From Octopus vulgaris (lineage: Eukaryota), in NCBI GenBank assembly GCA_951406725.2, contig OX597823.1:8618001-8682000 (forward strand): DNA of 64,000 bases, given 5' to 3'. The position numbers and the translations under genes were made by a program. The notes below the pieces were generated by a model. It ran no database searches, had not been told where the DNA came from, and saw only the letters and a list, made by a program, of their open reading frames with translations. Positions 41,190 through 55,212 of this stretch are shown here, one piece after another (positions within the stretch are counted from its first letter, which is position 1; each line of letters begins with the position of its first letter).

Positions 41190-41191
<2 letters not shown>
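41066..41191 (+). mobile_element. Short TA-embedded element with a hammerhead-like motif (copies at 43076-43201, 46850-47002 and 55024-55212 minus)
   Basis: tgtagaagagcctaggctcgaaacataaaag..cctgagcgttatactaatac..gtaaactctcc, flanked by (TA)n. Confidence 0.75.
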
Positions 41192-41227
<36 letters not shown>

Positions 41228-42029
41228 TCACTGTAAAACTGCTTTCTTCTCGACAGGTGGCAGGTTTCCACGCCTGAGAAAGTTGGATTTCTCTGGCGTG
41301 AAGAGCCTCTAGTATGAAGAAGAAAAATAAAACAATTCATTATCCCGACGTTGTCAACTTAATAGAATTATTGATATCGGTTATACACAATAATACCAAA
41401 TTAACCAGGTTTTGAAAATAAACTTAAAATGAGTGAGAGAACTATTATAAAAATTCAGATGTATTTAATTTCACACTAAAAAAATATGAAGGTATTACTA
41501 TGTTTATTTGTAAAAAATATAAATTCCCAATGGATGTGCCACTTGTAAGCTATAGTTACCAGTAACATTCTAAATTATACATCTACTAGTAAAAATGTAA
41601 ATTTCTTATGGCTGTTGTGCACATAAATTATATTTACCAGTAGAATAGTAAACAATGTAATTTTGCCAGCTGAATGGAGTGCAGCAACGTGAAATGAAGT
41701 GTTTTGCTCAAGAACACAACGCGTCGCCCGGTCCAGGAATCGAAAGCATAATCTTACGATCATGATGCTGACACCCTAACCACTAAGCCATGCGCCTCTA
41801 CAAGTTCTGCATTAATTGGTCATGAATCTTCTCTTTTTCCCGGACATTTGATTGCACATTCACATCTGTTGGGCAGCTGACATATACAACAGTACATCAA
41901 TTTTGTATGTATGTATGTATGTATGTATGTATGTATGTATGTATGTATGTATGTATGTATGTATGTATGTATGTATGTATGTATGTATGTCTGTATGTAT
42001 GTATGTATGTATGTATGTATTACGTATGC

Positions 42030-43028
42030 ATGTCATTATTCAGTTTATTTCAAGATTTGTTGCCAATAGAGAAAGAAGCGGTTTCTAACCTAGATACAAG
42101 TCTTCTTCATTAGATTTTCAACATCAACAACAGGGTATTTTTTTGTATGTATGTATGTATGCATGTGCAAATTTGTATGTTTTATGTATGTATTCTCCTG
42201 CAAATAGTTGCATATCTACATATGCTCATATATACTATACTTCTGGAAAGTTTTAGAGATGTTTACAGTTCCAGTGATGGATTGGATCTCTCGTCTTCGA
42301 GAAGCCTAATTTATCAAGACTAGTATTTAGGCAGTGTGTTACAATAATTACAGGTATAAGCCTGAACATATAATCTGGATAGAGTAACGGCAGATTTCTC
42401 AATAGTTCAGCATAGGTGTTCTATTTTTTACTGATCTTCAGCTTTATGTTAACATCCGCTGGGCAGATAATTTCCACAGCTGTGCATAGTTCCTCTTCTC
42501 TATCCCAAATCATTGTATCAGGTCTGTTGTGCTTACATTTTATTGATGTCTTCACTCGTATTCCTTTATATAATGAGTAGCTATGGCTTCTACCATATTG
42601 TGGATTCGTATTTCTTTGTCCTCGGGATTATCCATCCGACGGATTTCATTATAGAGGGTCCTAGCTACATCATGTCTCATCGATGACATTTACGGACAAC
42701 TGCGTATGATGTCGGTGATATCTTCAGTATGAACTCCAGAAAGTCTGCATCGTTTGTCAGATTTTACGGATTTTCATGCATCTCAATCCCTTTTGTGCAT
42801 CAGGTGGTACGTTGATATTTCCTGTTCCTGGATTGCAAATGCGTACACTTCAAAGTGGGAAGTAGTAATCCGGTTATTGGTCCATGATAAACTGCTTTGA
42901 GGGTCGATGTTACTATTATGACGGTGCTTTCTACTGACATAACCATGCATAGTCTTTTGCTCATATAGGCGCATCTTTTCATCTTGTTAAACTTTGCGGT
43001 AGCGTCGTGCGAATTCTTTGGGCATGTT

Positions 43029-43031
<3 letters not shown>
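42030..43031 (-). mobile_element. R4/Dong-like LINE fragment, duplicate copy
   Basis: Copy within the second tandem unit. Confidence 0.8.
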
Positions 43032-43077
<46 letters not shown>

Positions 43078-43199
43078 TTTGTAGAAGAGCCTAGGCTCGA
43101 AACATAAAAGCCTTTATCTATTCCTGAGCGTTATACTAATACATCTGTTTGTTTTGTACACCACCTGTCTTCGTCGTTTGTTTTTCTTTCGTAAACTCT

Positions 43200-43259
<60 letters not shown>

Positions 43260-43309
43260 TCACTGTAAAACTCCTATTCTTATGGGTATAGGTTAGGTTT
43301 TAGTAATAC

Positions 43310-43344
43310 TAATAATAATAACAACTTATTACTATTACTTTCAT

Positions 43345-43414
<70 letters not shown>

Positions 43415-43447
43415 GTTGTTGTTGTTATCATTATTATTATTATTATT
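43310..43447. repeat. (TAA)/(TAC)/(TTG)/(TTA) trinucleotide array
   Basis: Directly visible. Confidence 0.95.
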
Positions 43448-43925
43448 CTTAATATCATAGAAAAAGTGTAGGAGTTAACCGTTGTCATTACTTCTGTTCA
43501 GGAACAATGAAACATATTTGTTTAGACATTAAAGGATATTCCCTAGGTATCGAAGCGTTAAATCGATATTTGATTGGAAAAGCAAGACTAACGAAAGCCA
43601 ACCAAAACTTCTCAACTGGTTACCATAGCAACAGCCATTAGAGTAGTGATTGCAGACAATTATATTTTGTCAATATGACACATACATAAAGGCAACCGGA
43701 CGTACAAACACATACGTGATTACGTATATATATATATATATATACATACACAATATATATATATGTTTATGTATGTACGACTATATATGAATATACATGT
43801 TTACACATTTACCGATGTGTATCTATGTATCTATCCAACTATCTATCTATCTATCTAACAATCTAACTATATATCTATACACACGCGCACAAACACACGC
43901 ACACACACACACATACATAAATGCA

Positions 43926-43979
<54 letters not shown>

Positions 43980-44938
43980 TATATATATACATATTCATGT
44001 ATAAATATATATACATATTCAAACATATATACGTAGATATAAACAGACATACATATATATTTGCATATGTATAATCATGTATGTATATTTCCATAAATAC
44101 ACATGGTTCACACGTTTATAATATATATATATATATATCATTGTCTTGTGAGAGGGTGTGTGTGTGGATGTGCGCGCGTGTGTGGATGTGCGCGCGTGTG
44201 TGGATGTCTCTGTATCTGAAGGAGGTGTCAAATGGGAAAGGGGAATGAAAGGAAGGAGGAAGAGAGGAGGAAGTAAAAAATGTGTTTACAGTTTTGCAAC
44301 AGGTCAGATAAAAAGCAAATCCAGACAATCGTTTGAAAAGGGACATTTTTCTCCCCTTGGAGAACCCATCTGGGTTTGCCATTTCTAAAAGCCAAGAATC
44401 ATTTACTATTGAAAGACTGACCAGCTGCAAATATATCAACATTTTTTTTCTTTTTTCTCTCCTTCTTCTTCCTTTCCTTCTCTTTTTCTTTAACAAATCC
44501 TTTCAGATACAAACACACACACACACGCGCGCGCTCTCTCAAACGTTCCCACCATTCCTCACCCTCTTGTATTATCTTATATGGCTCCCCACCCCTACAC
44601 ACTCAATAATAATATAAAAAGAGACAAAATTCCTGCAAAAGTTCAATTTGACAACTCTACTAGAGTGGACGAAAGCCCTGATATATATGATATATGATTT
44701 ATAAAAACATGTAACATACTAATAAATATCTCTAAATATAAAACCATCCAGATTTCTGAGTACCTCATTTCTTCTAATATATATATATTAGAAGAATGTG
44801 TGTGTGTGTATATGTTGGTGTATTTACATCTCCGTAACATACCGGTTCAGGAAAAGACACCGATAGTCGTGCCCTAGCAAGGCCACAGCTCGTGAGCTGA
44901 AATTAGATGAAATCAAATGAAATAATATATATATATAT

Positions 44939-45091
44939 AATTTAAAAATAGGATAAAATCTTTATAAGGATTTATCAAGTAGTTAGCGTGAAAAACCTCA
45001 CAAGAGAAAAGGTCCACCAATTTTTTTCACTTGAATATATTTATTTATATTATATAGAGGAGATTACCATATTTTATCCTATTTTTAAATT
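44939..45091. repeat. 21-bp perfect inverted repeat bounding ~150 bp (MITE-like or inverted pLTR end)
   Basis: aatttaaaaataggataaaat ... attttatcctatttttaaatt. Confidence 0.6.
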
Positions 45092-45287
45092 GTAAATTTA
45101 ACCGGAGTATATTCAGTACTGAATTTCTATTCCCAATATGCACGTTGTTATCGAAGTGCGATTCGAAAAATCTCGCCATTTACATAGATCTATAAAGCGT
45201 GAACGTTTCTAATTGCTACGTTGGATAAATTGGTTGTTCGTCTGGTATGCTGATTTTGTTCATTCGTTATAAATTTTGAATTATGCT

Positions 45288-45344
45288 TGCACTGATGATT
45301 AAATAGTGAATTACTGCACTAATTATGAAATTACGTTGTCTGCA
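45288..45344 (+). ncRNA. Hammerhead ribozyme-like motif with a weak stem III
   Basis: tgca-CTGATGA-ttaaatagtg..cactaattat-GAAA-ttacgttg-TC|tgca. It lies in a segment ending at (TA)n near 45470. Confidence 0.6.
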
Positions 45345-45466
45345 GTTAAATTTTGTTTTTAAATGACTTGCTTCAAGAGTTGCATTCGGTACGATGTGTT
45401 TATTTATTTTGGTAGCTTTTGAGTTTAAGAGTCCCCCCTAGCGTATATAATTTATGTATAGTTATG

Positions 45467-45555
<89 letters not shown>

Positions 45556-45559
<4 letters not shown>

Positions 45560-46821
45560 GTAATCCCATATGTTCTGCCCGATTTTACCTTTTTAAAAAT
45601 TGAATGGAATTTAATAGTATTTTAGAATGTCTAATGGAATTAAAAATGATTTTTTATGCATTTGTGTACAGTTAAACTAATTAATATTATTTTACAGAAT
45701 AATAGAATTAAAATTTCTTTGATTAAATTTCTAACATGGAAGTATCCAAAGGTCAATTGAGGTTCATAATACTTTATGAGTACAAAAAAAGAAAGTCTGC
45801 TGCCGAAGCAACTCGAAACATACACTGAATTTATGGGAAAGAATACTTGATTGAAAGAACTTGCAGCAGAAGGTTTGCAAAATTCCGAAGTGGGGATTTG
45901 AGCTTTGAAGATGAAGATCAAACAGGATGTCCAGTTGTGTTTGATGATAAGCTTATTGAGGTATTACTTGAAGAAAATCCTGCAGTTGAAGAATTGGCAA
46001 TAAAGCTTAGTTCAAACCATACAACTGTTCATCGTCATCTTCAACAACTTGGAAAAGTTCCTAAACTTGGAATATGGCTGCCTCATAAATTGTCTGAAAG
46101 CAACCGCAAATCCCGAGATGACATCTGCTCTTCTCTCCATTTTCACGAACCCATTTCACCCTTTCTGGATAGACTTGTGACTGGTGAGGAAAAATGGATC
46201 TTCCATCGAAATGTTAAACGTCGTAAACAATGGCTTTGTAAAAGGGAAAAAAGCTCAACCACAACCGAGAAGGGAACTTCAAGGGAAGAAGTTTCTTTTC
46301 TTTGTCTGGTGGGATTGCAGGGGAGTATTTCACTTTGAATTGCAACAAGCATTAGCCAAGTCTACTGTCGGCAATTAGAACGTTTGAACCAAGTTTGAAG
46401 AGTAAAAAGACCCGCTTTAGTGAATCGAAGAGGACTAATGTTTCATCAGGACAATGCGCGACCTCACACTGAAAAAATCACATCAAAGAAGATCGAAGAG
46501 CTTGGTTGGGAAAACATTCCTCATCCACCTGATTCTCCTGACCTTGTTCCTTCAGACTACCACTTGTTTGGTAGTTTACAGAAGCATTAGGGGAACATAA
46601 CTTTCGAAAAGCAGGAGGAGGTCGAAACTGACATTTCAGAGTTCTTCGATTTGAAAGCAAAACAGTCTTACATTGATGGGATTAAAAAGCTTGTAAATAG
46701 ATTCAAGGAAGTCATAGATAATCAGGGAAAGTACATTGATGATTAAATTTCAGTTAAATATAACATTTGATCGATTATTTTCTTTATTCAAAATTCGGAC
46801 AGATCTTATGGAATGACCTGA
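45556..46821 (+). mobile_element. Full-length mariner (DD34D) with inactivated transposase
   Basis: TIRs tcaggtaatcccatatgttctgcccga / tcggacagatcttatggaatgacctga with TA flanks. Motifs WLPHKL, TGEEKW, HQDNARPH, HPPDSPDLVPSDYHLF. Stops and frameshifts present. Confidence 0.95.
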
Positions 46822-47137
46822 TATAACTATATATAAGGACATACACACATTTATTCCCTCTCTGTTTATTTCTTCGTCTTCCTTTCTGTTCAAAAGCGCA
46901 GGCTCGAAACTTAAAAGACTTTCTCACCTTTCCGAGCGTCAATCTAAGACAACTGCTTGCTGTTTCGTCATCGGCTTTTGGTTTTTTATGTAAATTTCGA
47001 CTATATACACATATGTATATATGTATATATGTATATATTTATTGGCTAAACTGGCAAAATGACCATTCCGAAATACAACAATGTCTCTTTCAACACACGA
47101 CTTCACATAAAAAATCTTGCACAACAAATATTTAAAC

Positions 47138-47175
<38 letters not shown>

Positions 47176-47552
47176 CTCTTTCACTCTTTTACTCATTTCA
47201 GCCATGCAGCCATGCTCATGCTGGAGTAAAATCATGGTCTCTCTGACTTGCTGAGTCTGGATGTTTTACATCAACACTCCTGTATGTGCCTTTGTCCTAG
47301 CTGTGGGTACATTTGCTGTATAATGGTGTTTGATTCCGCTGCCCTCGTCTGTAATTCATGTCGATATATATATATATATATGTATAATCAATCATACATA
47401 TATTCACACAAACATACATACATACATACATATATATGTGTGTATGAATGTGTGTGTGTGTATTTGTGCGTTTGTTGTACAACCACTTACATATATATAC
47501 ACACTCATACATATGCATTCTTCATGAACGTAAGATTATATCATTGTATATA

Positions 47553-47591
<39 letters not shown>

Positions 47592-47749
47592 TTATTTATA
47601 TATATATATTTATAAATATATATAAATATATATATATACATATATACACGCATATATGTATACATGCATACATATATATGAATATGGGTGTGTGTGTGTA
47701 TTTATGTTTCTCACTCTCTCTCTCTTCATCTGAGAAAGAAAAATAGATT

Positions 47750-48950
47750 TGTTATTGTGCAGAGTATGTGAACATTTTTGCCTTTTTCTATTCATACGTG
47801 TCTTCTCAACCATGCAGAGCGCCTATGTCCAAAACTTCCAAAGCTCCTCTTCACATGTTCTTTGCTCTTTCTGTCAGAGTTCCAAAATAATACAACTCTG
47901 AATTCGCAAAATAAATAACTGGTAGTGAGTTTTCTTTTAATCTCTTGAAAAAGTTTTTGTTACTTTCTATTAAATTAGTTTTCAGCTGGTCTTTGAACTA
48001 CTTGGCTGGTCCTTCAGCTAGGACGTCTAACTGCATATATAGTTTTGTCCGGGCATAACACGGGTCATACAAACACATTGTTCGATATATACTGTTGATT
48101 CAGTGCTATTGTTATTTCAGTGAATGATTTTTAAGTTTCTAGTCGTATCTGCGAAGGATACTGAAAGTATTTTCTGGACAAAGAAAAAACTAAATACTTC
48201 AGTTCCACAATATATTTGTTGTGTATGGTTCGTATCCCGTACCCTCACATGAGATAGTAACTAAATTAAGTCGAGGTTGTTGCTTCGAAAACTAGCTATG
48301 TCTTTAAAATTAAAGATTTTGGTCTGAGGCAGTTTAGAAGTGTCTCGTTCAATGTACTGTGGTTGGAATTGTGTCAAGTTACCGTTAATTGGAAGCACGT
48401 AGATACCAGTTACCGTTGTTTTGAGAAAGTGCGGCGGGAGAGAAGGTGTTATTGGCATAACTTCGGTTTTATGCAATTCTTTTAATAAGTGGAACAACTG
48501 CGGACTTGATGGCTCGGAGGACCTTCGAGCTGTGAGATACTCAAAAACAGTCAAGAATGTCAGCCATTCAGTTTTACGATTCCTTCATATTCACTGTTAT
48601 CTAAAGATCGACCCAGCTCTGCTCTGTCACTTTCGCTAATTCGGGTCCATATACGTGTTTCATAATCTCCCAACATTTTTCTAAATCTAATGCCTTCGTG
48701 GGTTTGATGAGTTAATCGTATCGAATACTACTCTTTTACTTGTTTCAATCATTTGACTGCGGCCATGCTGGAGCACCACCTTTAGTCGAACAAATCGATC
48801 CTAGGACTTTCTAAGCCTAGTACTTATTTTATCGGTCTCTTTGCCGAACCGCTAAGTTACAGGGACGTAAACACACCGGCATCGGTTATCAAGCGATATT
48901 GGGAGGACAAACACAGACACAGAAACATATACACACACATACATATACAT

Positions 48951-48983
<33 letters not shown>

Positions 48984-50200
48984 CGACGGGCTTCTTTCAG
49001 TTTCCGTCTACCAAATCCACTCACAAGGCTTTGGTCGGCTCGAGGCTATAGTAGAAGACACTTGCCCAAGGTGCCACGCAATGGGACTGAACCCGGAACC
49101 ATGTTGTTCGTAAGCAAGCTACATACCACACAGCAACTTCTACGCCTCTTACTAGTTTCTAAGGTATTACTGTACATTTTGATTTCTTGGAATGATGCAT
49201 TACATGCATACTTATTGTTAAAGCTTTCAGCGCATTTTCCATGTAAAAGTAGAAATTATTCAAAAAGGATTTGTCACATAAGATAAATCACCAATGTATT
49301 TCTTTTCCTTATCTGGTTTTGTTTAAGTTGGCCAATGTAAATGTAACTATTTGCTATTTGATATAGGGGATATAGCTTTGATATAGAGACGTTTGTCAGT
49401 TTATTGACCATTATTTCATTTTATTTCAATCTTTGTCACTCTATATTTAGTTGTTCTAACGTTCCCTGAAGTTCAGTTGGATTTCTTCTTACGAAAACTG
49501 TTGCCTGTGAATGAGTGCATGAGACATATATCATCTATATTAATTTCCATTTAATTTTCCTCTCATTTTGTATTGTTCGATAAAATATTTTGCATGATTG
49601 TAGATCTACGCTAAGGCTTTTATGTGTATTGGTTCTGCATCTTGGGTTGTGCTGACATCATTGCTAATATTTCAGCAGAGATTAATGCAATTTTGGTAGG
49701 CCACAAAGGCTATGACTGCGTCTTGTTATGTATTGTTAATGCTTTGATTAGTTGCTCGGAAAACCACTTATTAAATTCTGAACGACATATTCTTGGTTAA
49801 CAATTTGTGTGTGGCACTTTGAAGCTTTATAGGTCAACGGTTCAGGAGCTCATTTCTTTACAACTTTTGCAGAGATATATTGAACGAAATCAAATTTTCG
49901 ATACTTGAGTGATGTGAATGATGAGGCATTAAGGTTCATTATAAATACTTTGGTTAGTTGTTTAGCTATTGCGGTATTAGGTCTATTTGGAAAAAATTGA
50001 TTTTTCTTACGGCGGTCCTGATTGGTTTATTCTTAGATTGGAATAGTGTTTGTCTTTCGCATTGCAGATCTCTTTGGTACCTGCAGTTTACTATTCTGTG
50101 ATTATTAATAGTGTCCTTGTTGACTACTTTAATGTTTGGGGCACTAACGCTTTTGTTTTGTACGATGTAATTTTGTTTACATTTTTGTAATTTGAACATT
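47750..50200 (-). pseudogene. Highly decayed Penelope-like RT/EN relic, interrupted by a SINE
   Basis: Scattered minus-strand motifs PNTAIAKQLTKV, DFVQYI, IDDICL (~49530) and LCMVEKT..KCSH (~47790). Confidence 0.35.
48730..49146 (-). mobile_element. SINE family A
   Basis: Sequence identity to the other family A copies. Confidence 0.88.
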
Positions 50201-51282
50201 TTATTGTTTCTATTCTTACATGACTGTTTTTGCTATTTTTAGATCCTTTGACAATCATTACGCCTAGCCGTTTGCCATTTGTTCATCATGATATCACTGC
50301 TAAATTCTTTGCGCTTTTTGGACGTTTAGGTCTTTCTTTATGCTGGTATAGCAAGTTTGACGAAATACAATTATTTCAGTAGTCTGTTCATAAAGATAGT
50401 TCCGGTTTTCTTTTTGGATAGTTGCTGATTTTATTGCATGTTTAGATTATTTCAAGGTAAAATTGGCAACTAAATCACAAATGATGTGGAATTCATTGAT
50501 GCTGTTCATATTTTCTTTGACTAAGAACCCCACCCGTCTAGTTTAGGTTCCTTTTCTTTTTTTATATATGTTTTTGAACAGGTGGTGTTGTATTGTTTTA
50601 TCGTTGTTTTTCTTAGCGCTTTCTCAATCTTCGATATTCGGTGAGAACTCTGATGTCCATTTTATATTCCATATTTCATTCTCTAGATTTGTTGCTCCTT
50701 ACTATTTTGAGAGCGTGCAAATATTCCAAATGCATATGAAAACAGATGATCTAACAGATGAGCAAATATTCTGCTCAACACCGCAGATCTGTTTGTCACC
50801 TGGTAGACCTAGTGGCTGGCGCATCTCTAATCACGAGCAAGTGTAGTGAAGGAGCACCAAAATCCTATTTTGAAGGGGAATCATTGGGGTTTAAACAATT
50901 CTCCCATGTGTTACATTCACCATCCTTAAACAGCCCTTACTCAGTAATCTTTTGACAGGGATAGTCTTCTCGACCTGAAGAAAGTTTTCATTACCCTGAT
51001 ATTATTAATTATTGATAATTTTTTCTGGAAAATTTTCGAAGTAAGCACGGGGCACATGCTGGATTGCCTCGTACTTATATGTTTAATCTAGGCGTACCTG
51101 TTGATGAAGACTTCGCCTAGCAAATTATTTTATTTGCTAAAAAAGTGAGAAATAATGGCCCAGGAGATAGATGGTAAATGTTTTTATTTTTCATTCCTTT
51201 GGAAGTTTATCTCTAATAGTGGTTTGGATTTTGGCTGTTCCTTCTAGCGTGCCAGAAATCCTATGATGGATACATCTTACAT

Positions 51283-51316
<34 letters not shown>

Positions 51317-52270
51317 TATATATATGTACACACATATAAATGTGTGTATATATGTATATAACAGAAAAGGGGAGGGAATCAATGAAAATTATGTTCATTA
51401 CCTGGCAGAAGTAAAACATGAAATCTAACAGTAAAATACAGTAAAATAACTTAAATATATCATTCACAAAAATTCATTAAATTATTTTCTGAGCCTCTTG
51501 TAATCTAGTGATAAATTAAGCACAAATTGAATAATGCAAAGCAAAAATTACTGGTTGGCGTTATCAAATTTCTACTTTCATTGCTTACAATATGTAAACA
51601 AGGAACTGCAATTAGTGTTAGAATACTGACATATCACTAATGAAAGTAGTTTAATGTTTATTTAGAAGAAAATTTCTTTAAAATATTGGTGAAATTTTCA
51701 ACATCATTGAGAAAGAAAATGTGAAGGAAAGAACTTTTAATTAATTTTTCCTTCACCTTATTCTTTTAAATATTGAAATTTACAATTGATTGAAGGGCAA
51801 AATATTCATTTGTTGATTTTGTTCTTGATGACATTTTCATTGACTTTACTAGCACTGACATTTGTAACTGGACATTTAGATTAACTTGCAGCGTATATAT
51901 TACAGATATTAAGTCAATTGTACTGTAGAGTTGGATCAAGTTGGTATTGTGCCAGTTGTGTAACAATATCGAATCACTTTTGAAACCAATGTACTGTTAT
52001 TTCTTTCAATCACATGAACAGTCATCACTACCTTATTGGATATAATGTGCAATCAGCTATGAAATACGATCGATGAATAATTTAATATACATTTATGTTA
52101 GGCTCACACATTTACAGCTAAACGCACATATATGTACAACGTTGTGTAAATGGGAAATGAGATAAATTTCGATATCATTTACCCTCAAAACATACGAATG
52201 AAAGCACATTCCTTCTACAGTATTAATGTGCAGCCTTGTGTTGATAATAATTCCTTTTCGCCTGATCATA

Positions 52271-52326
<56 letters not shown>

Positions 52327-52337
52327 GTATATATATA

Positions 52338-53599
52338 TCGGGTTGAGGAATAATTCATGAGCGTTTTTTTTCAAATTTAAAAGTGCACGCAGAAATAAAA
52401 TGCATTGGCAACGTATCTTGTTATCTAAAGGAGAATTTTTTGCTCTAAAAGATAGTGTGTTTTGATATTTTAATTTTATTGCTTTTTGTGTATTTTCAGA
52501 TCATTCAAATGGAATGTCAAGTGGACAAAACAGCATTTTCGACACCATTTGATATTTGCATTTAAGTGAGGAGATATTAAGGCCGCCGAACCTGCTCGTG
52601 AGGTCTGTGCTGTGTATGGAGAAGGAGCAATGCTTCTTAATACAACCCACCGTTGGTTTTCGAGCTTCAAAAATGAGATTTTTCACCTCAGGGACGGATC
52701 ACACACCGACGACCAACTGAGTTCGATGAAGAGTGATTGAATCAGCTTCTTCCCGAAAATCCCCACCGAATGACCAGAGAATTGGCGAAACTGATGGATT
52801 GTAATAAAAAAAAACTGTGGTAAACTATCTTTGGCAAACTATCAATGAGCAAAGTTCAGAAACTCGGCGCTTGATTGGCACACACTGAACGAAAACAACA
52901 AAAGTCAACGCTCTATAACCGCCACCAGTTTGCTCGCTCGACATCGCTCACAAACAACCTTTCATTTACCACATTGTTACAGGCGATTGAAATTAGTGCT
53001 TTTACGTCAATATGAAGCAGCGAAAAAAATGGCTCAATCCCAACAAACAAGCAACTCCTCGAGCAAAGCAAAACCTTCAAGCCCGAAAGACTATGCTGTG
53101 TGTATGTTGGGACTAGGAAGCCATAATTCATTACGAAATGTTTGAGCGTAACCACCTATTCAATGTGGAGCTCTACGTTCAACAACTGCATCGACTCAAA
53201 GAAGCAATTCAGCAAAAAAAGACTAAATAGATAAAATGGCGTTCTTCTGCCTGACGACAACACCCGTCTTCACATCGCCATTATGGCTAAAGCTGCTATT
53301 CAGAAACTGGAATCGGAAGCGCTGCCTCATCCTGCATACCTTCCAAACATGGCGCCGTCAGAACTTTTTCGACCACTTTCGAACCCTTTCAGAGGTATAT
53401 TGTTCAATAATGACGTAGGATTGAGGGCTTGGTTGCCCGAATTCTTCGAGTCAAGACCGGGAGATATCGAAAAACGTATTGTAGAATGGGAGGGAGTCGT
53501 AAACAACATCGGAGAGTATATTACTGATTAATTTGTTGTAATATTTTTGTTTAAAATAAATTTGAAAACAAAACAATCATGAATTATTTCTTAACCCAA
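52338..53599 (+). mobile_element. Second full-length mariner of a different family, inactivated
   Basis: TIRs tcgggttgaggaataattcatga / tcatgaattatttcttaacccaa with TA flanks. ATG at ~52510. Motifs IVTGD, MLCVCWD, DDNTRLH, LPHPAYLPNMAPSE. Confidence 0.92.
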
Positions 53600-53605
53600 T
53601 ATATA

Positions 53606-53681
<76 letters not shown>

Positions 53682-54029
53682 AAAGGTGGCTAGATGCAAT
53701 TTAAAAACGGAAAGTAGATAATTCACCGTCACTAAAAGTGAGCAAGAGTGCAGGGAGCATTTCAGCATTGCTAGAAGTCAGAGTCATTGACACTTCAGCC
53801 ACAATAGCACATGTTGTATGTAGTGACAAGGGAGACAAGCTTGTCAGTACATAGAACATGTGCCTTTGTGGGTAAAGAGTCGATGATGCTTATTTCTAGC
53901 AATTCTGGTGCTTCATGCACATTTGGTCACTTTTAGTAACGGTGCATTATCTATACACCCAGAACCATGTTAATAGCTTAGGGGTGAAACTTAGGATTTC
54001 TCTGTTTTCTGTTAATCGAGTTCCACACT

Positions 54030-54490
54030 ATGTCATCTAGCCAGAGACCGAAAACCTCTTACAGGATATTGCAGTAGGCGGCTGCGGTCACTCGAACCTC
54101 TTCAGGCACCCTGATTGGGCCAAAATGTCTATCCCTAATGATACCAGCCCACAACATGACTTCTCCATCCTGTTGTTGACGTAAACGTTGGTGACGCTTA
54201 CCTCAAAAATAGACCCAACCATTTGCCCAACAATCGGGTTCGTTAACGGTCGCCCTGGTTTGGTCAGTAAACTGAACACAACTCGAGTCTAACGTCATGT
54301 ACTTTGGTGCGTCATTAAACAAGATGTTTATGCCAATGGACGCCAGTTTACGCTGAAAGATGTCTTATGATTGACCTTCAAAGCTGCAGCAGAGGCAGTC
54401 CAGCCTGCTACTATTAAGAAATTGACAGATTCCGTGACTAATAAGGTTTTTGAAGTTATCCGTCGAAATTTCCGCTCATTTGGTTAAATA
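54030..54490. mobile_element. Rearranged Tc1-like (probably DD37E) transposase relic
   Basis: Minus 54030-54280: FTDQTRATVNEPDCWANGWV..RLRQQQDGEVMLWAGII..GPIRVPE..YCNIL. Plus 54300-54485: LWCVIKQDVYANGRQF..AVQPATIKKLTDSV. Confidence 0.65.
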
Positions 54491-54806
54491 ATTCATTAGG
54501 TTAATAAATATTATAACATCATTATTGTTTTCTGTTAAATATATACTCAATGTATGCTTAGTATGCATCATTATCCTTCCTTTTTTTGCAAAAAAGAAAA
54601 ATGGCTAGATGAGATATTTTCATTCAAAAGCTATTATCGTCGTTCGACCGAAAACTGGAAAACCTGAAATAAAAAAGAAAGGACGTTACACAAAATAATG
54701 AAAACGTAACAACGGTGTTGTAATAGTGTGCAAACCAGCTGGGAATAGTTTCATCAAAATCGATTCACAGAAAACCAAGAAATCCTAAACGCACATACAC
54801 ATATAC

Positions 54807-54869
<63 letters not shown>

Positions 54870-55023
54870 TACATATATTTACACACACACACACATATAT
54901 ACATATACACATATATACACATATACATACACACACTCACACATATATATATGTACATAGATATATACACACATACATATCCAGATATACATAATAAATG
55001 TACATGTATGTATATATATATAT

Positions 55024-55212
55024 AGGGAGAGTTTACGAAAAAAACAAAAGACGAAGACAGGTGGTTACAAAACAAACAAATGTATTAGTATAACGCTCAG
55101 GAATAGAAAAAGTCTTTTACGTTTCGAGCCTACGCTCTTCTACAGAAAGGGGCACAGAAAAAACAAGGAGAGAAACAAAGAGAGAAAAAATGTGTGTAGT
55201 GGCTAACGATCT
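55024..55212 (-). mobile_element. Best-preserved copy of the short hammerhead-like element
   Basis: Minus strand reads cttt-CTGTAGAA-GAGC GTAG GCTC-GAAAC GTA-aaag (55114-55149), with TA flanks. Confidence 0.75.

Larger units (their letters stand above)
39301..43272. repeat. ~2 kb direct tandem duplication (39301-41240 and 41241-43272)
   Basis: Both units begin gctttcttctcgacagg and end cactcactgtaaaact. They differ by scattered SNPs and microsatellite length. Confidence 0.95.
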
